The notes beneath the pieces were generated by a model, which saw nothing but the letters and a program-made list of their open reading frames with translations, was not told where the DNA came from and ran no database searches. Position numbers and translations under genes: made by a program. Positions 28,901 through 29,595 of a stretch of 29,595 nucleotides of DNA are shown one piece after another. Position 1 is the stretch's first letter. Each line of letters opens with the position of its first letter. The stretch lies in the NCBI GenBank assembly GCA_003559585.1, contig PWKX01000038.1, positions 1 through 29,595 on the forward strand. The letters run 5' to 3'. The DNA is from Mollicutes bacterium (GTDB lineage Bacteria > Bacillota_I > Bacilli_A > Izemoplasmatales > Izemoplasmataceae).

Positions 28901-29357
28901 TGAAACCAAACAAAAACAAACCATCAAGCTACCAGCATCTAGATCAATTCCTAAAGACTATATACAAGATGAAGATACCATCATTGAATTACACAAAAAA
29001 ATAGCCAACTTAGAAAACACGTGGGACTTACAAGCCTTACTTGATGAATGTGAAGACCGTTATGGGAAAGTGCCTAAAGATATGGTGTTATACATGCTAG
29101 AAAAACTGTATGAACACTTGGCAATTAAAGTTGGCGTTGAACGCGCTAGAAAAACCAAAACACAAACGATTTTTGTGTTGAATGAAGAGGCTTCAAAGAA
29201 CATTCACGGTGAGTTATTGTTTGAAAAAGCTAACGAGTTAAGCCCGCATATTCATCTAGCTTACAAAAAAAACAAACTTCATATCACCATTGATCACCTT
29301 AAAGTATCCAAGGATATGCTTTATTACATTACCCCTTTATTAGAAGTATTGAACTAA
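25908..29357 (+). CDS. mfd: Transcription-repair coupling factor Mfd
   Basis: UvrB-like VGDFATRGSLIDVF, RID domain GDYIVHYDYGIG, Walker A GDVGYGKT, DEEQRFG, SATPIPRTL, QIRGRVGR, GDLLGTEQSG and a C-terminal TRCF domain. Confidence 0.98.
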   Translation: MVPFHSLLSKKQTIERINQALKHERTFEISDTFLSLNAWLLLYIKQQTNRPLLIVNHNLYHAQKTMDMVSALYPKTVLYPQDEFITTDMLALSETLKLQRLNTIQSLIDNPNQMVVTNPSGLLKHMWPKHKFKSAYQTFKLNQAIDIDRFKAMLVSLGYEASPEVEKVGDFATRGSLIDVFLSDEDHPIRIDFFDTDIDSIRRFDIKTQRSFEKIDAFTVFPRNEFFADDQTIDTIETNVHHHQAFQTLPLDAKTRVEEELTMLRQTSQQDQLSRYMSFADTKTATIKDYLDDPIIIFIESDKVQHSAHHLVKDLDAWMADNHDYAKMGFQFMQDIDQLYYTKRIDLNTFKAKHTKHFTMPLRAKETMHYENNMHMLLKDLKKYDGYVTVLITLTDQKRIESLIELAENHVDIKRLGEHDEPFAKKINIKQGETPLAFEWFDVEFVLMNEDTIYKETSTKKKKKRPVFKGAETVKQAESLKKGDYIVHYDYGIGRFLGIETKEVSKQVNDYIVIAYKGDDKLYIPVENVHLIQRYQAHEGIKPKLNKIGSPEWGKTKTKVRKKAKDIAKNLIKLYAAREQAEGFAYSKDQDLMLDFETDFPYEETTDQIEAIDAVKKDMEKPIPMDRLICGDVGYGKTEVALRAAFKATLDNKQVVYLAPTTILSRQHYYTFKERMAKHGIKIALLNRFVTPKQQKHFIEGIKTGDIDIVIGTHRLLSKDIVYKDLGLLIVDEEQRFGVKHKETIKTMKLHVDVLSLSATPIPRTLQMAITGVKELSLIETPPKNRFPVQTYVLRRNDNVIQDAIERELGRNGQIFYLYNRVEGIERMTRKLNALVPDARIAYAHGQMSRIELENVMRDFLDHQYDVLVSTTIIETGIDIPNANTLIIHDSDYLGLSQLYQIRGRVGRSDRIAYSYLMYENNKQLNEEATKRLQAIKEFTELGSGYKIASRDLAIRGAGDLLGTEQSGYIDSVGIDLFLEILKEEIDKGKEKSSVKRDETKQKQTIKLPASRSIPKDYIQDEDTIIELHKKIANLENTWDLQALLDECEDRYGKVPKDMVLYMLEKLYEHLAIKVGVERARKTKTQTIFVLNEEASKNIHGELLFEKANELSPHIHLAYKKNKLHITIDHLKVSKDMLYYITPLLEVLN

Positions 29358-29361
29358 AAAT

Positions 29362-29408
29362 AAAAACTGTATCTCTGCTTGAGTGTAAGCGTTGAGATAC
29401 AGTTTTTT
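29362..29408. terminator. Bidirectional terminator after mfd
   Basis: 14-bp stem AAAAACTGTATCTC / GAGATACAGTTTTT with an inner GCTT/AAGC stem. Confidence 0.88.
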
Positions 29409-29433
29409 AATTGTGTTTTAAGTGTAAGATTGT

Positions 29434-29595
29434 TTAAATCGCGCCTGCGCCGCTGACAAGCAAACTAGATATGATGGTTAATCGTACAAAATAAAAATAA
29501 ACCAAAGCCCCAATGTAAAAGTGATGTATTGCATATAAGTCTTTAGGAATCATCTTATCAAATATCATGCGTTTAGCATAACGAACAAAGAACAC
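29434..29595 (-). CDS. 3' end of a probable membrane protein running off the right edge
   Basis: The minus frame is open from the edge to TAA at 29434-29436 (VFFVRYAKRMIFDKMIPKDLYAIHHFYIGALVYFYFVRLTIISSLLVSGAGAI). It has a hydrophobic C-terminus and converges on the bidirectional terminator. Confidence 0.45.
   Translation of the reverse strand: MFFVRYAKRMIFDKMIPKDLYAIHHFYIGALVYFYFVRLTIISSLLVSGAGAI

Overview
A roughly 29.6 kb housekeeping window that spans the chromosomal replication origin of a low-GC Bacillota-derived bacterium. It uses genetic code 11, since TGA is the stop of jag and of the lipid kinase. The gene set and compressed order suggest a free-living, genome-reduced Mollicutes relative (Izemoplasmatales/Acholeplasmatales-like); that placement is an inference. 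Left of oriC, on the minus strand: dnaA-dnaN-yaaA-recF-gyrB-gyrA, T-box-serS-pepA, pta, lipid kinase-rnmV-rsmA-ispE, spoVG, prs and an aldo-keto reductase. Two plus-strand blocks sit among them: nrdJ-hflX and a HAD phosphatase-HIT pair. Right of oriC, on the plus strand: rpmH (missed by the ORF track)-rnpA-yidC-jag-pth-mfd. I also found a bipartite DnaA-box origin, a complete serine T-box, many sigmaA promoters and many intrinsic terminators. I see no mobile elements, CRISPR arrays, rRNA/tRNA genes, pseudogenes or defence systems, and I cannot support a wholly new multi-gene system here. The most interesting signals are subtler: (i) the Bacillus-like gene order with wall and sporulation genes removed; (ii) pth-mfd sitting on the other side of oriC, translationally coupled to jag where mnmEG/parAB usually lie; (iii) DnaA boxes with a possible 11-bp extended consensus; (iv) a 63-aa acidic GyrA tail ending in a clamp-motif-like SLF; (v) a UCU T-box specifier; (vi) an Asn-to-Lys change in the Pth active-site motif; and (vii) several unexplained operator-like palindromes.
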